A stretch of DNA of 64,000 bases from Candidatus Eiseniibacteriota bacterium. GTDB lineage: Bacteria; Eisenbacteria; RBG-16-71-46; JABDJR01. A program made the position numbers and the translations under genes. Below the pieces are notes generated by a model. That model saw nothing but the letters and a program-made list of their open reading frames with translations, did no database searches and had not been told where the DNA came from. The stretch covers positions 1,056,001 to 1,120,000 of the forward strand of contig CAVXKA010000002.1 of assembly GCA_963762255.1 (NCBI GenBank), in the 5' to 3' direction. Within the stretch, counting starts at the first letter, position 1, and the number at the start of each line of letters is the position of its first letter. This document shows positions 1 through 10,188 of this stretch, piece by piece.

Positions 1-529
1 GCCCGGCGACACCGAGGAGTCCGAGAAACGCGTCCTCGCCGCCACCTTTGACGGCGTGCGCGTGGTGAACGTGTACGTCCCCAACGGCCAGGAAGTGGGC
101 TGCGACAAGTACGTCTACAAACTCGCATGGCTCGACCGGCTGCGCGCGATGCTCGCCAGGACGCACACTCCCGACCAACCGCTCGTGCTGTGCGGCGATT
201 TCAACATCGCCCCCGACGATCGCGACGTATACGACCCCGATCTCTGGCGCGGCAAGGTTCTCTTCAGCGAGCCCGAGAGAGCGAAATTCCGCGACCTCAT
301 CGGCTGGGGGCTCTCCGACGCGCTCCGCCTGCGCACGGCGGAACCCGGCCAGTACACATGGTGGGACTACCGCATGAACGGATTCAAAAGAGACCTTGGG
401 CTGCGCCTCGATCACTTTCTCGTCACCGCGCCGGTGGCCGCCCGCGTGCGCGAGATCGCCATCGACCGCGAGGAGCGCGCGGGCGAGAAGCCTTCCGACC
501 ACGCGCCGGTGATCCTGACGCTCGGCTAG
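1..529 (+). CDS. xth: Exodeoxyribonuclease III (5' partial)
   Basis: NVYVPNG, GDFNIAP, YTWWDYR, GLRLDH and PSDHAPV motifs; the frame stays open to the window start. Confidence 0.93.
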   Translation, partial: PGDTEESEKRVLAATFDGVRVVNVYVPNGQEVGCDKYVYKLAWLDRLRAMLARTHTPDQPLVLCGDFNIAPDDRDVYDPDLWRGKVLFSEPERAKFRDLIGWGLSDALRLRTAEPGQYTWWDYRMNGFKRDLGLRLDHFLVTAPVAARVREIAIDREERAGEKPSDHAPVILTLG

Positions 530-588
530 GCCGTCCGCCGGGGAACGCCGCAGGACGGCGCCGGCACGCTATACTCATCCGCACCCCC

Positions 589-1506
589 ATGAACTACGAC
601 CCGCTTCGAGAACAGCACTACAACGCCACGATCGTCGGAGAGCGGCTCCTCCACGGCACCGTCATGGTGATTCGCGTGCGTCCGGATGCACCTCTTTCTC
701 CCCCGCGCCCCGGCCAGTGGGTGGAGCTCGGGCTCGGCATCTGGGAGCGCGTGATGGACGGCGCCGAAGCGGGCAGCGCCCGCCGCGCCGCACCGGATTC
801 GCTGATCAAGCGCGCCTACTCGATCAGCTCCCCCATCCTCACATCGGACCTCTCGCGCCTCATCCAGCCGAGCGAAGAGAACGGGCTGGAGTTCTTCCTG
901 AGCCTGGTGGTGCCGCCCGCCGAGCGCTCGCGAAAGGTCCCCAACCTCACCGGGCGCTTGTTCTGTCTGCGCGAGGGAGATCGCCTCTTCATGTCCTCGC
1001 CGCCCATGGGCGAGTACGGGCTCGACGACGTGCGCCCCGGCGACGATGTCCTCTTCCTCGCCACCGGCACCGGTGAAGCCCCGCATAACCGGATGATCTG
1101 GGAGCTGTTGCGGCGTGATCATGAAGGGCGCGTGGCCTCCATCGTCTCTGTGAGACGAGGCATCGATCTGGCTTACGGCTCGACGCACCAACGACTCGCC
1201 GAAATGTTTCCCCGCTACCGCTACGCCACGTTGATCACCCGCGAACCGGGGCACGACGGCCGCCATCTACAGGACTACCTGCGGGACGGCACGCTGGAGG
1301 ACATGGCCGGGTTCCCGCTCGACCCCGCGCGCACCCACGTCTTCCTCTGCGGCAACCCCGGCATGATCGGCCCGCCGCGAACGCTTCCTTCCGGGCGCGT
1401 GTTCCCCGAACCGCCGGGCATGGTGGAGCTGCTAGAGGAGACCCGGGGATTCAACGACGATCCCGCGCGCGGGCCGCTCAACGTGCACTACGAGCGGTAC
1501 TGGTAG
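589..1506 (+). CDS. fpr: Ferredoxin/flavodoxin-NADP+ reductase
   Basis: RAYSISS, ATGTGEAP and LCGNPGM motifs with C-terminal ERYW; start taken at ATG 589 within ORF 127..1506. Confidence 0.85.
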   Translation: MNYDPLREQHYNATIVGERLLHGTVMVIRVRPDAPLSPPRPGQWVELGLGIWERVMDGAEAGSARRAAPDSLIKRAYSISSPILTSDLSRLIQPSEENGLEFFLSLVVPPAERSRKVPNLTGRLFCLREGDRLFMSSPPMGEYGLDDVRPGDDVLFLATGTGEAPHNRMIWELLRRDHEGRVASIVSVRRGIDLAYGSTHQRLAEMFPRYRYATLITREPGHDGRHLQDYLRDGTLEDMAGFPLDPARTHVFLCGNPGMIGPPRTLPSGRVFPEPPGMVELLEETRGFNDDPARGPLNVHYERYW

Positions 1507-1544
1507 GGCGTTTCGGGGCAGCGCCGGAGACGGAGCGTAGGGTC

Positions 1545-2615
1545 TCAGCCCACCTCGAGCATGCGATCCAGCGCCACGCGGGCGCGTGAGCGGATCGGCT
1601 CCGGCACGTCGATCTTGTATTGTTCCTTGCGCAGCGACTCCAGCGTGTCCTCGAGCGTGATCTCGTTCATATGCGGACAGCGCACGCTGCACAGACGCAA
1701 CATCTCTCGATGGGGGTTCTTCGCGGCGATGTTGTCCCCCATGCTGCACTCGGTCAGCAGCAGGTAACGGCCGCTCGTCATGTTCTCCACATACTTGATC
1801 ATGCCGGTGGTGCTGCCCGAGAAATCGGAGGCGGCCACGACCTCGGGGCTGCACTCCGGATGCGCGAGCACGACCACGTCGGGGAACTGCTTGCGGACGT
1901 TGGCGATGTCCTCCACCGTGAACTTCTCATGCACCTCGCAGCGGCCGCCCCACGCGATCACGGCGTTCGCCACGTGGCGCGCGTCGTCCCTCGGCCCCAC
2001 GCCCCCGTTCCCAGGCCCGATGAGCTCCATCCCCACCTCGCGGGCCACGTTGCCGGCCAGGTACTCGTCGGGGAGGAAGAGGATCCGGTCGTGCCCCTTG
2101 GAACGCAACGCGCGCACCATTGCCTCCGCGTTGCCCGATGTCACACAGTAGTCGGATTCGGCCTTTACATCCGCGTAGGTGTTCACATAGGTCACCACCG
2201 GCACACCCGGGTAGCGAGACCGGAGCGCACGCACGTCGGCGGCGGTGATGCTCTCGGCGAGCGAGCACCCGCCCTTCGCGCTGGGAAGCAGCACCATGCG
2301 ATCCGGATTCAGGATCTTGGCCGTCTCCGCCATGAAGCGAACGCCGCAGAAGATCACGATGTCGGCGTCGGCCTTGGCCGCCACCCGGCTCAGGTAAAGC
2401 GAGTCCCCGGTGAAGTCGGGCACCGAATGGAAGAGCACCGGCTCCATGTAGTTGTGCCCGAGGATGACGGCGTTCTTCTCGCGCTTCAAGCGGTTCACCT
2501 CGACGGCGATCTCCGCTTTGAGCTTCAACTCCACGGCGGGGACGACATCGCCGAGGCGCTCGGCAAGCCTCTCGAACATGGCTTCCCGCGTGGTCGGATA
2601 GTGGATCGAGTTCAT
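1545..2615 (-). CDS. nadA: Quinolinate synthase A
   Basis: GHNYM, FCGVRFMAETAKILNP, GCSLA, YVNT, AHPEC and CPHM motifs. Confidence 0.95.
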   Translation of the reverse strand: MNSIHYPTTREAMFERLAERLGDVVPAVELKLKAEIAVEVNRLKREKNAVILGHNYMEPVLFHSVPDFTGDSLYLSRVAAKADADIVIFCGVRFMAETAKILNPDRMVLLPSAKGGCSLAESITAADVRALRSRYPGVPVVTYVNTYADVKAESDYCVTSGNAEAMVRALRSKGHDRILFLPDEYLAGNVAREVGMELIGPGNGGVGPRDDARHVANAVIAWGGRCEVHEKFTVEDIANVRKQFPDVVVLAHPECSPEVVAASDFSGSTTGMIKYVENMTSGRYLLLTECSMGDNIAAKNPHREMLRLCSVRCPHMNEITLEDTLESLRKEQYKIDVPEPIRSRARVALDRMLEVG

Positions 2616-2626
2616 GGCCGACAAGT

Positions 2627-3025
2627 CTACCGCTTCCCGCGCTTCCTCAGGAGGCGATCCACCGAGAGGCTCCCGCCACCGTAGATGAGGAAGAAGAAGG
2701 CCACCGCCGCGTAGGTGAGCGCGAGTTCCTTCCGTCCCCACGGATCGGCCCCGTGGACCACGAAGGCCGCGCCGACCATGGTCCCCAGGATCGTCGCGGC
2801 CGCGAGGCGCGTCCAGAGCCCAAGCGTGAGGAGGATCCCGCCGGCGAACTCGGAGAGGATGGCCAGCCAGCCGAAGAGCACCGGCAACGGAAACTTCTGT
2901 ACTCCCCGGCCGTCGAGGAATGCAGTCGGGTCGCTGATCTTGCCGAGCCCGTGGGCGAACACGAAGTTGAGCCCTACCCAGGCCCGCAGGACAAGCACCG
3001 CGAACGGAATCAAGCGATCGAACAC
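2627..3025 (-). CDS. DoxX family membrane protein
   Basis: Four hydrophobic segments with HGLGK, EFAGG, LGLWTR and GGGSLSVD motifs. Confidence 0.85.
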   Translation of the reverse strand: MFDRLIPFAVLVLRAWVGLNFVFAHGLGKISDPTAFLDGRGVQKFPLPVLFGWLAILSEFAGGILLTLGLWTRLAAATILGTMVGAAFVVHGADPWGRKELALTYAAVAFFFLIYGGGSLSVDRLLRKRGKR

Positions 3026-3041
3026 GAATCGACTCCTTCCA

Positions 3042-3740
3042 CTAGCTGAGATCGAAGACCAGTAGCTCCGACGGCGCCGTTGCGTCGACCACCAGCGCAG
3101 GCTCCTCGCTCACCGCCGCGCCGTCGCCCGCACCCAGCTTCGTCCCGTTGACGTCCAGCTCGCCCTTCACCACCTGAACCCAGCCATGCCGGCCGGGCGC
3201 GAAGTCATGCCGCACGGTGGCCCCAGCGTCCAAGAGGCTCGAGTACAGGCGGGTGTCCTGGTGAATGCGCACCGAGCCCTCGGCGCCGTCCGGCGACGCG
3301 ATCAGCCGCAGCCGACTGCGGCGCTCCCCCTCCGCGAACGCCTTCTGTTCGTAGCTCGGCGCGATCCCCTTCGCCGCGGTCAGGATCCAGATCTGCAAAA
3401 GATGGACGGGGGTGTCCGGCGAGGGGTTGAACTCGCTGTGCACGACCCCTCTTCCCGCGCTCATGCGCTGCACCTCTCCGGGCCGGATCACCGAGCTCGT
3501 CCCCATGCTGTCACGGTGCTCGAGTTCACCCTCGATGATGTAGGTGATGATCTCCATGTCCCGATGCGGATGCATGGGAAAGCCGCCGCCCCCCGCGACG
3601 CGATCCTCGTTGATCACCCGCAGGGTGCGGAATCCCATGTGCTCGGGGTCGATGTAGTCGGCGAACGAGAAGGTGTGATAGGTGTCCAGCCAGCCGTGAT
3701 TGGCGTGCCCGCGATCCTGTGAGCGCCGAACGAGGATCAT
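3042..3740 (-). CDS. Pirin family protein (YhhW-like)
   Basis: HGWLDTYHTFSFA, HPHRDMEI, MSAGRGVVHSEFN and LLQIWI motifs. Confidence 0.93.
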   Translation of the reverse strand: MILVRRSQDRGHANHGWLDTYHTFSFADYIDPEHMGFRTLRVINEDRVAGGGGFPMHPHRDMEIITYIIEGELEHRDSMGTSSVIRPGEVQRMSAGRGVVHSEFNPSPDTPVHLLQIWILTAAKGIAPSYEQKAFAEGERRSRLRLIASPDGAEGSVRIHQDTRLYSSLLDAGATVRHDFAPGRHGWVQVVKGELDVNGTKLGAGDGAAVSEEPALVVDATAPSELLVFDLS

Positions 3741-3851
3741 GATTCTTTCCTTTCGATAATGGTCGCCCCCTGGCCGGGGCTACGGGGATGATACGCTGTA
3801 CGCGGTCCCGCCGGGTTTGATTCCATGACCATCGTCAGAGGAGACCCCGTC

Positions 3852-4763
3852 ATGTTCCGCCGGTTCCGCCTTTCCGTGCTCGTCCTGACCCTCATCCTCG
3901 CCGTCCTCCCCGCCGCGGTCGCCGCCCAAAGCTCGGGCGACGTCACGATCGAGACCATCCCTCTCGGGGGCGGGGTCTTCATGCTGACCGGCGCCGGAGG
4001 CAACATAGGGCTCTCCACCGGCAAGGACGGCGCATTCCTCATCGACACCCAATTCGCCCCGCTCACCGGGACGATCCAGGCCGCGGTGGCCCGAGTTTCG
4101 GAGATCCCGGTGCGGCTCGTCGTGGACACGCACTGGCATCGCGATCATGTCGGCGGCAACGAGAACTTCGCCAAGACGGGGGCGGTCGTGATCGCCCACG
4201 AGAACGTCCGCAGGCGCATGGCCTCGGGAGGGACGATCGAGGCGCTCCAAGCGGAGATCCCTCCGGCAGCACTCGGCGCGCTGCCCCAGGTCACCTTCAG
4301 CGACAGCCTTGACCTGCACTGGAACGACGAGGAGATGCGCATCTTCCACGTCGCCCCCGCCCACACCGACGGTGACGCGGTAATCTGGTTCGTCAAGGCC
4401 GACGTCATGCACGTCGGGGATGTCTACTTCAACGGGCTCTACCCCTTCATCGATCGCTCGAGCGGCGGGTCGGTGCAGGGCCTCATTGCCGCCGTGGATC
4501 GCGTGCTCGCGCTGGCCGACGAGAACACGAAGATCATCCCGGGGCACGGCCCCCTCTCCAACTCACGCGAGCTGCGCGCCTACCGGGAACTCGTGGCCAC
4601 GGTGTATGGTCGCGTACGCAACATGGTCGCCCAGGGCAAGAGCCGGGATGAGGTCCTCGCCGCCAAGCCCTCGGCGGAATACGACGCCGTGTGGGGAAAC
4701 GACTTCATGAGCCCCGCCGTGTTCGTGGGAATCCTATACGACGACGCCTCCACGGAAAGGTAG
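3852..4763 (+). CDS. Secreted MBL-fold metallo-hydrolase (cyclase-like)
   Basis: Signal peptide plus THWHRDH, AHTDGD, HVGD and IPGHG motifs. Confidence 0.85.
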   Translation: MFRRFRLSVLVLTLILAVLPAAVAAQSSGDVTIETIPLGGGVFMLTGAGGNIGLSTGKDGAFLIDTQFAPLTGTIQAAVARVSEIPVRLVVDTHWHRDHVGGNENFAKTGAVVIAHENVRRRMASGGTIEALQAEIPPAALGALPQVTFSDSLDLHWNDEEMRIFHVAPAHTDGDAVIWFVKADVMHVGDVYFNGLYPFIDRSSGGSVQGLIAAVDRVLALADENTKIIPGHGPLSNSRELRAYRELVATVYGRVRNMVAQGKSRDEVLAAKPSAEYDAVWGNDFMSPAVFVGILYDDASTER

Positions 4764-4770
4764 ACCAACC

Positions 4771-5250
4771 ATGCAGACCGCCGCCGAGCGTACCACGCAG
4801 ATCAACCGCATCCGACAGCTTCCGGCGCTGGCCAGGGAGGCAACCCGCGGCCTCGACCCGGTTCAGCTCGACACGCCCTACGGGCCGGGCAAATGGACCC
4901 CGCGCCAGGTGCTCCATCACCTCGCCGATGCGCACATGAACGCCTTCGTGCGCATGAAGCTCATCCTCACCGAGGACCATCCGACGCTCAAGCCGTACGA
5001 TCACGAGGCATGGGCGGAAACCGCCGACGGCGCGCGGTCCGACGCCGAGGCCTCGCTGACCATCCTGCGCGGGCTGCACGCGCGGTGGGTTGATCTCCTG
5101 AACGCGGTGCCGGAGGAGGCGTGGAAGCGAAGCGCGCATCATCCGGAGTCGGGCGACGTCACGCTCGATGCGATCCTGCGCATCTACGCCGCGCATGGAG
5201 AACTGCACCTCTCCCGCATTCACGAGCTGCGGCAGGATCGGGGCTGGTAG
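4771..5250 (+). CDS. DinB/YfiT family thiol transferase
   Basis: KWTPRQVLHHLADAH, PYDHEAWAE and YAAHGELHL metal-ligand His pattern. Confidence 0.85.
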   Translation: MQTAAERTTQINRIRQLPALAREATRGLDPVQLDTPYGPGKWTPRQVLHHLADAHMNAFVRMKLILTEDHPTLKPYDHEAWAETADGARSDAEASLTILRGLHARWVDLLNAVPEEAWKRSAHHPESGDVTLDAILRIYAAHGELHLSRIHELRQDRGW

Positions 5251-5264
5251 CGGAGTCGTGGCGA

Positions 5265-6110
5265 TCAGCTGATCGCCACGACCTCTTTGACCTCGGGCAC
5301 CGCGTCCTTGAGGAGTGTCTCCACGCCCATCTTGAGCGTGGCCAGCGAGGACGGGCAGCCCACACAGCTCCCCAGCATGTAGAGCTGGACCACGCCCTCG
5401 TCGAAGCCGGCAAACGCGATGTCGCCGCCGTCGCGCTGCACCGCGGGACGCACGACGTCTTCAAGCACCTCGATGATTCGACGCTCGACGTCGGTCACCT
5501 CGCCGAAGCCCTGCGCGGGAGGCGTCATCGCCGCGCCACCATGCGCGAAGTAGGCCTGCAAGCGCCGCCCGATCTCGGCTTGCAGCTCCGGCCACTCCGC
5601 CCCGGGGATCTTCGTCGCGGTGCAAAAGTTGCGAATGAAGAAGAGCGACTTCACGCCGGGAATCTCCAAGAGGTACTGCACCAGCAGCGGATCGTCCTCG
5701 CGCGACGGCTGGGCGAAGGTCGCGCTCCCCTCGGTGACCAGCTCGCGATTCATGATGAACTTGCGCGAGTCCGGGTTGGGGGTCTCGGCGAGATGCACCG
5801 AGACGTTGGTGAAGGTCACGAAACGGTCGTTACGATAGTCGATGGTGGTGCCGTGCAGGCGCTCGAGATCCTCATCGCCGACCTGGACCGGCACTGCGTA
5901 CTCGGGGCGTAGCGCCCGCTCCCCTCCCTGGCGCTCGAATCCCACCCCCACGGTGTATCCCAGACGCGAGGGCTGGGTGAGCACGAAGAACGCGGAAGGC
6001 TCTTCCCTGTTCAGCTCGGTCAGCTTCACGCGAATCGCCTCCTCGGCGGCGGCGGTCAGGGCGAGGGGCAGAAGCGTCTCAGTGGAGGATCCGGGGTGCG
6101 GCGAGTTCAC
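5265..6110 (-). CDS. NfuA/NifU-family Fe-S carrier (degenerate A-type domain + Nfu_N + NifU-C)
   Basis: ETPNPDSRKF (Nfu_N) and VRPAVQRDGGDI...GSCVGCPSS (NifU-C); GTG start after GGAGA. Confidence 0.82.
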   Translation of the reverse strand: MNSPHPGSSTETLLPLALTAAAEEAIRVKLTELNREEPSAFFVLTQPSRLGYTVGVGFERQGGERALRPEYAVPVQVGDEDLERLHGTTIDYRNDRFVTFTNVSVHLAETPNPDSRKFIMNRELVTEGSATFAQPSREDDPLLVQYLLEIPGVKSLFFIRNFCTATKIPGAEWPELQAEIGRRLQAYFAHGGAAMTPPAQGFGEVTDVERRIIEVLEDVVRPAVQRDGGDIAFAGFDEGVVQLYMLGSCVGCPSSLATLKMGVETLLKDAVPEVKEVVAIS

Positions 6111-6286
6111 GATGTCTCCCGTACCCGCGGCCCAAGCCGCGGGGATGCTGGGGTAAAGAAGTAGCGATAAGATGATAGCCGTTGGGCCACAATGGGTCGA
6201 TCCAGTGTATCCCAAGCAAGCCCGAACGTGACGAGCACACCGGGAGCGCACCGACTCCCTCCATCCATGACAGGACCCCCGAACTC

Positions 6287-7450
6287 ATGATCATCACGCG
6301 CCCCCATGAGCTGGCCGACCTGGCCGGCGCGCTCCGCCGGCACGGCGCCTTCGCCCTCGACATGGAGTTCGAGCGCGAGCGGTCCTACTGGCCGAAGCTT
6401 CAACTCGTGCAGGTGGCGATTCCGGATCTCGTGGCCGCGGTCGATCCGCTTGTCATGGACGATCTCTCCCCCCTATACGACCTCATCGCGGATCCGGCGA
6501 TCGAGAAGATCACCCACGCCGGACGCCAGGACGCGGAGATCTTCTTCCTGAAGACGGGGAAGGCCCCCGCCGGCATCTACGACACCCAGATCGCGGCGGC
6601 GCTGGTCGGGCTCGGCGAGCAAGTGGGATACGCCGTGCTGGTGCAGCGGCTGTTGGGTGTGCGGGTCGTCAAGCACGAGCGCGTGACGGACTGGGGGCGG
6701 CGCCCCCTGTCGGATGCGCAACTCGAGTACGCGCTCAACGACGTGCGCCACCTCCTCCAGATCCGGGACGCGCTCAACGCGGATCTGCGCGAGCTGGGGC
6801 GAGAGGCCTGGTTTCGCGAGGAGACCGCGTTTTACTCCGATCCGGATCTCTATCGCCACGACCCTGACCGGCTCTACATGAAGGTCTCTCGCTGGCGGTC
6901 GTTGGACCGCCGAGGCCTCGGCGTGCTCCGCGAACTGGTGGGATGGCGCGAGGAGGAGGCGAGGCATCGCGACCTGCCCCGCCAGCGCGTGGTTCCGGAT
7001 GATGTGTTGATCGAGCTGGCAGGCCGGCGTCCCAAGCGCGTGGCCGATCTCTCTCCCCTGCGCCGGCTCCATCCCAAGGAGATCGAGCGGGGCGGAGAGG
7101 CGATCGTGGCCGCGGTCGGCCGGGGCCTGGCCCTGCCCGACGCCCAGCTTCCCAACCCTCCCAAGCCGCCTCGCGAGGATCCCGACGCGTCGCTGGCAGC
7201 CGACCTCCTCGCCGTCCTTCTGCACATGCGCGCGAGAGAAATCCGCATCGCCCCCTCCTACCTGGGCACTCAGAAGGACGTTCTGGAGCTGGTCAACTGG
7301 CTGGCCGACAAGCGCGAGGGGCCGCCGCCGCACCTCATCGAGGGATGGCGCCGCGAGGCAGTCGGAAACGATCTTGCCGAGGTCTATGAAGGACGCGTCT
7401 CTCTCCGCGTGGACGCCGCGGCCGGCCGTGTGGTGGTGGAGCCGGTCTGA
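6287..7450 (+). CDS. rnd: Ribonuclease D
   Basis: DMEFERERSY, YDTQIAA, DWGRRPLS and YALNDV motifs plus an HRDC-like region. Confidence 0.92.
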   Translation: MIITRPHELADLAGALRRHGAFALDMEFERERSYWPKLQLVQVAIPDLVAAVDPLVMDDLSPLYDLIADPAIEKITHAGRQDAEIFFLKTGKAPAGIYDTQIAAALVGLGEQVGYAVLVQRLLGVRVVKHERVTDWGRRPLSDAQLEYALNDVRHLLQIRDALNADLRELGREAWFREETAFYSDPDLYRHDPDRLYMKVSRWRSLDRRGLGVLRELVGWREEEARHRDLPRQRVVPDDVLIELAGRRPKRVADLSPLRRLHPKEIERGGEAIVAAVGRGLALPDAQLPNPPKPPREDPDASLAADLLAVLLHMRAREIRIAPSYLGTQKDVLELVNWLADKREGPPPHLIEGWRREAVGNDLAEVYEGRVSLRVDAAAGRVVVEPV

Positions 7451-7461
7451 GCAAGCAGAAT

Positions 7462-7498
7462 GCGAGAGCCCCCCGGCCAAAGGCCGAGGGGCTCTCGC
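7462..7498. terminator. Strong hairpin between convergent rnd and the cytochrome locus
   Basis: GCGAGAGCCCC-CCGGCC-AAA-GGCCGA-GGGGCTCTCGC inverted repeat; U-tail is weak. Confidence 0.6.
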
Positions 7499-7555
7499 CT
7501 GCAAGGAGAAGAGACGCTTCAGGGTTCCCCGATCACCGGGATCGACCCTGCTCCC

Positions 7556-8587
7556 CTACTTCTGCGCCAGGGTCGGCTTCAAGGCCCCGTTCATGAATTG
7601 GATTGAGGATTCCAGGAGCCCCTTGACATAGGCCGGGTTGTGCACGCCGTGGCTTCGGTCATCCTCGGCCATGGCCAGGTTCCACACCGCTCCCGCGCTG
7701 TCCACAGAGGTCGTCACCACCTTGGGGCCGCCGTTGGCCCACAATCCAGCCGCCGTCAGCAGCTCCGCCAGTTCCTCCGCCATCGCGTCCACCTCGGTCT
7801 GGACGCCTGCGATGTCGAAGCTCTCGACGTCGCTGTGGCACTTCTCGCAGGCTGCGGTGTTCTCCAGCTCCTCCACGCTTCCATCTTCACCCCGGAGGGA
7901 GCCCACCATGTTGAACGAGTGCCCCCCGATCACATTGCTGCTGGTGACCCGGTAATGGCAGTCCAGGCATCCGTCGGTGACGGCGCTGCGGTGCTTGGTG
8001 ATGGCGTAGTCGTACCCCTCGTACTCGTACCCGTTCGAGCCGATCAAGATGTCGCCCTGGTTGCTGTAGTGCGGGCCCCAGTGGGTGCTGTTGATGTTCG
8101 TCCGGGCCGTGCCCTCGGCACCCACGTAGACGTTGACGTCCCGGCGGGAATGATGGCAGGCCACGCAGAGATTGCCGGCCCCCAGATCGAACGTCACCCC
8201 GTTCAAGAGGGTCGCCGTTTCCGTCCAGCGAAGCCCGAAGTCGCCGTCGGTATGCGGGCTGTGGCAAGTGAAGCAGTGAATCACGGTGGGGTTGGTGCTC
8301 GCCGTGACCGTCTCCCCGTTGACCCTCTGGATGAAGCCTTCGCTAATGTGGCACCCCGCGCAGCCGGCGCTTTCCCCTTCGGCCAGGCGGAGACCGCTGG
8401 CGTGGAAGGAATTCGCCCACTGAGCCTCCGCCGCGATCAGGAACGTGTTCTGGTCGCTATGGCACTCGAAGCAGGTCTGGGCCTCGCCGATCTGCTCCAC
8501 GCGAGTGATTTCGCGGTCGCATGCCGCGAGGGACACGACGAGCAGCACCATGAGCGCCGGTACTGCGACTATCGAGAATCGAGACAT
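7556..8587 (-). CDS. Hexaheme c-type cytochrome lipoprotein (OmcB/c552-like C-terminus)
   Basis: LAAC lipobox; 6 CxxCH (CFECH, CAGCH, CFTCH, CVACH, CLDCH, CEKCH); C-terminal DRSHGVHNPAYVKGLL. Confidence 0.85.
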   Translation of the reverse strand: MSRFSIVAVPALMVLLVVSLAACDREITRVEQIGEAQTCFECHSDQNTFLIAAEAQWANSFHASGLRLAEGESAGCAGCHISEGFIQRVNGETVTASTNPTVIHCFTCHSPHTDGDFGLRWTETATLLNGVTFDLGAGNLCVACHHSRRDVNVYVGAEGTARTNINSTHWGPHYSNQGDILIGSNGYEYEGYDYAITKHRSAVTDGCLDCHYRVTSSNVIGGHSFNMVGSLRGEDGSVEELENTAACEKCHSDVESFDIAGVQTEVDAMAEELAELLTAAGLWANGGPKVVTTSVDSAGAVWNLAMAEDDRSHGVHNPAYVKGLLESSIQFMNGALKPTLAQK

Positions 8588-8618
8588 CTCACCCTCCTTG
8601 TCAGCTTTCGCCTTACGA

Positions 8619-10187
8619 CTACTTCGTGTGCAGGTCGTAAGCTACGTTGAACCAAACCACATTGGCGGTGTAGTAACGATCCAAAAGAATGAAATCATCG
8701 TAGTTATACACGTTGTACTTGATCTCGAAGTGGATATCGTCTTTGACGGTGTACATCCCTTCGAAGAATAGAATCGACTTCTCGATGTTCAGATCGGCGC
8801 CCACATCCATGTACGTGAGGCCGCTCGAGAGGCGGATATTCTTGATCCGCTCCAAGTCCACGCGGCCGGTGACGCTGTGGCTCTTGGCGTCGAAGGTGCC
8901 GTTGAGATCCTCGTACTCGTCGTTGGAGTACGCATAGGTTCCCGTCAATCCACCCCACTTCGGATAGGAGTACCGGGCATGACCGGAAACGGTCCGCCCC
9001 TTGGCGTTGACGTCGATGTCGGGAAAGTCCCGCTCACGAACATGGAACCCCGAGCCCAGAGCGAGACCCTTGACGGGCTTCACCTCGACATCTCCGCGAA
9101 AACGGGAGGTTTCGATGTCCTTGAGAAGGGTGAGTTCCTCCTGGTCCTTCTTCACCCTGCCCGCATACCGGAACCTGGCGGTCAGCAGATCGTCGTAACG
9201 GAAGCTCGTGGCGGCCCGCCAACTGTGGTACCGCGTGAGCGTGATGTCATTGTCGTTGATCTCGTAGCCGTAGCCCGCCGAGATGTCGCCGCGCCGGCAG
9301 AAGGCCGTAACGTCGACGTTGTTCTGGAAGCGATCCGTCTTGAGGCTGGTGGATTGGTTGTCGATTCGCTGGGCCTCGAAGTTGTACTTAAAACGCAACC
9401 GGTCGACCGGGCTGAGCACGCCGGTGTACTGGAAGTTCGCCAGGGTGTAGTCCAGATCCCCGGAGGAGAGCTTGCTCACCCCGTAGGCCGCGCGGAACAG
9501 ATGCGTCGACTTCTTGAAAAGGATGCCGGGGGCGGCGATCCGGGCCGACACGACCTGGCCGGTGCGGTCGGCGGCGGCGTTCCGCTCGTCGTTGAAATCG
9601 GAAACGCGATAGTCGACGGCTGCAACCTTCCCACCCTTGCGGGCCTCCGCCGAGAAGCGACCGGAGGAGAGGGAATTGTCGTACCGCCCACCCAGGACGC
9701 TGTTGGTTCCGCCAGGGTAGGACAGGCGGTCCCCGACCCGGGTCAGATAGTTCAAGGATCCCGTCAGGTTGATCCAGCGAGCCGGGGTCAGATGGGCGCC
9801 CAGGTTCCAGTCCCGGCGATCGGATGTCACGTTCCGCTCCGGGTCGAAGACCTGACGGTGCTGATCGAGGGAGGCGGTCAGCTTGAGCTTGCCCGGACGG
9901 CGGTAGAGCAGATTCGCCTGACGACCGTCGAGATTGATTTCCCGCAGGTCGATCATGAGGTAGCTCTCGGGATTCGGGGTTCCGGCCAGGCGGAGTTGGG
10001 TGATGGAGAATCCCTCGTGGATGTTGTAGGTCTCCTGGACCGTCGACCGATCCCCTTGCTCGTCGAGAAGCACGCCGCCCAACTTCACCGTCCCGTTCCA
10101 CGTCCCCGCCTGAAGCGGAGCCGCCCCCAAGGTGACGACGAGCAGGGCCGGAAGCGTCGCTAGCGTCCTCATTCGCATTCGCACCAT
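8619..10187 (-). CDS. Outer-membrane beta-barrel porin, MtrB/PioB-like
   Basis: Signal peptide, amphipathic Tyr/Gly-rich beta strands, and position directly after a DmsE/MtrA-type decaheme. Confidence 0.75.
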   Translation of the reverse strand: MVRMRMRTLATLPALLVVTLGAAPLQAGTWNGTVKLGGVLLDEQGDRSTVQETYNIHEGFSITQLRLAGTPNPESYLMIDLREINLDGRQANLLYRRPGKLKLTASLDQHRQVFDPERNVTSDRRDWNLGAHLTPARWINLTGSLNYLTRVGDRLSYPGGTNSVLGGRYDNSLSSGRFSAEARKGGKVAAVDYRVSDFNDERNAAADRTGQVVSARIAAPGILFKKSTHLFRAAYGVSKLSSGDLDYTLANFQYTGVLSPVDRLRFKYNFEAQRIDNQSTSLKTDRFQNNVDVTAFCRRGDISAGYGYEINDNDITLTRYHSWRAATSFRYDDLLTARFRYAGRVKKDQEELTLLKDIETSRFRGDVEVKPVKGLALGSGFHVRERDFPDIDVNAKGRTVSGHARYSYPKWGGLTGTYAYSNDEYEDLNGTFDAKSHSVTGRVDLERIKNIRLSSGLTYMDVGADLNIEKSILFFEGMYTVKDDIHFEIKYNVYNYDDFILLDRYYTANVVWFNVAYDLHTK

Positions 10188-10188
10188 C

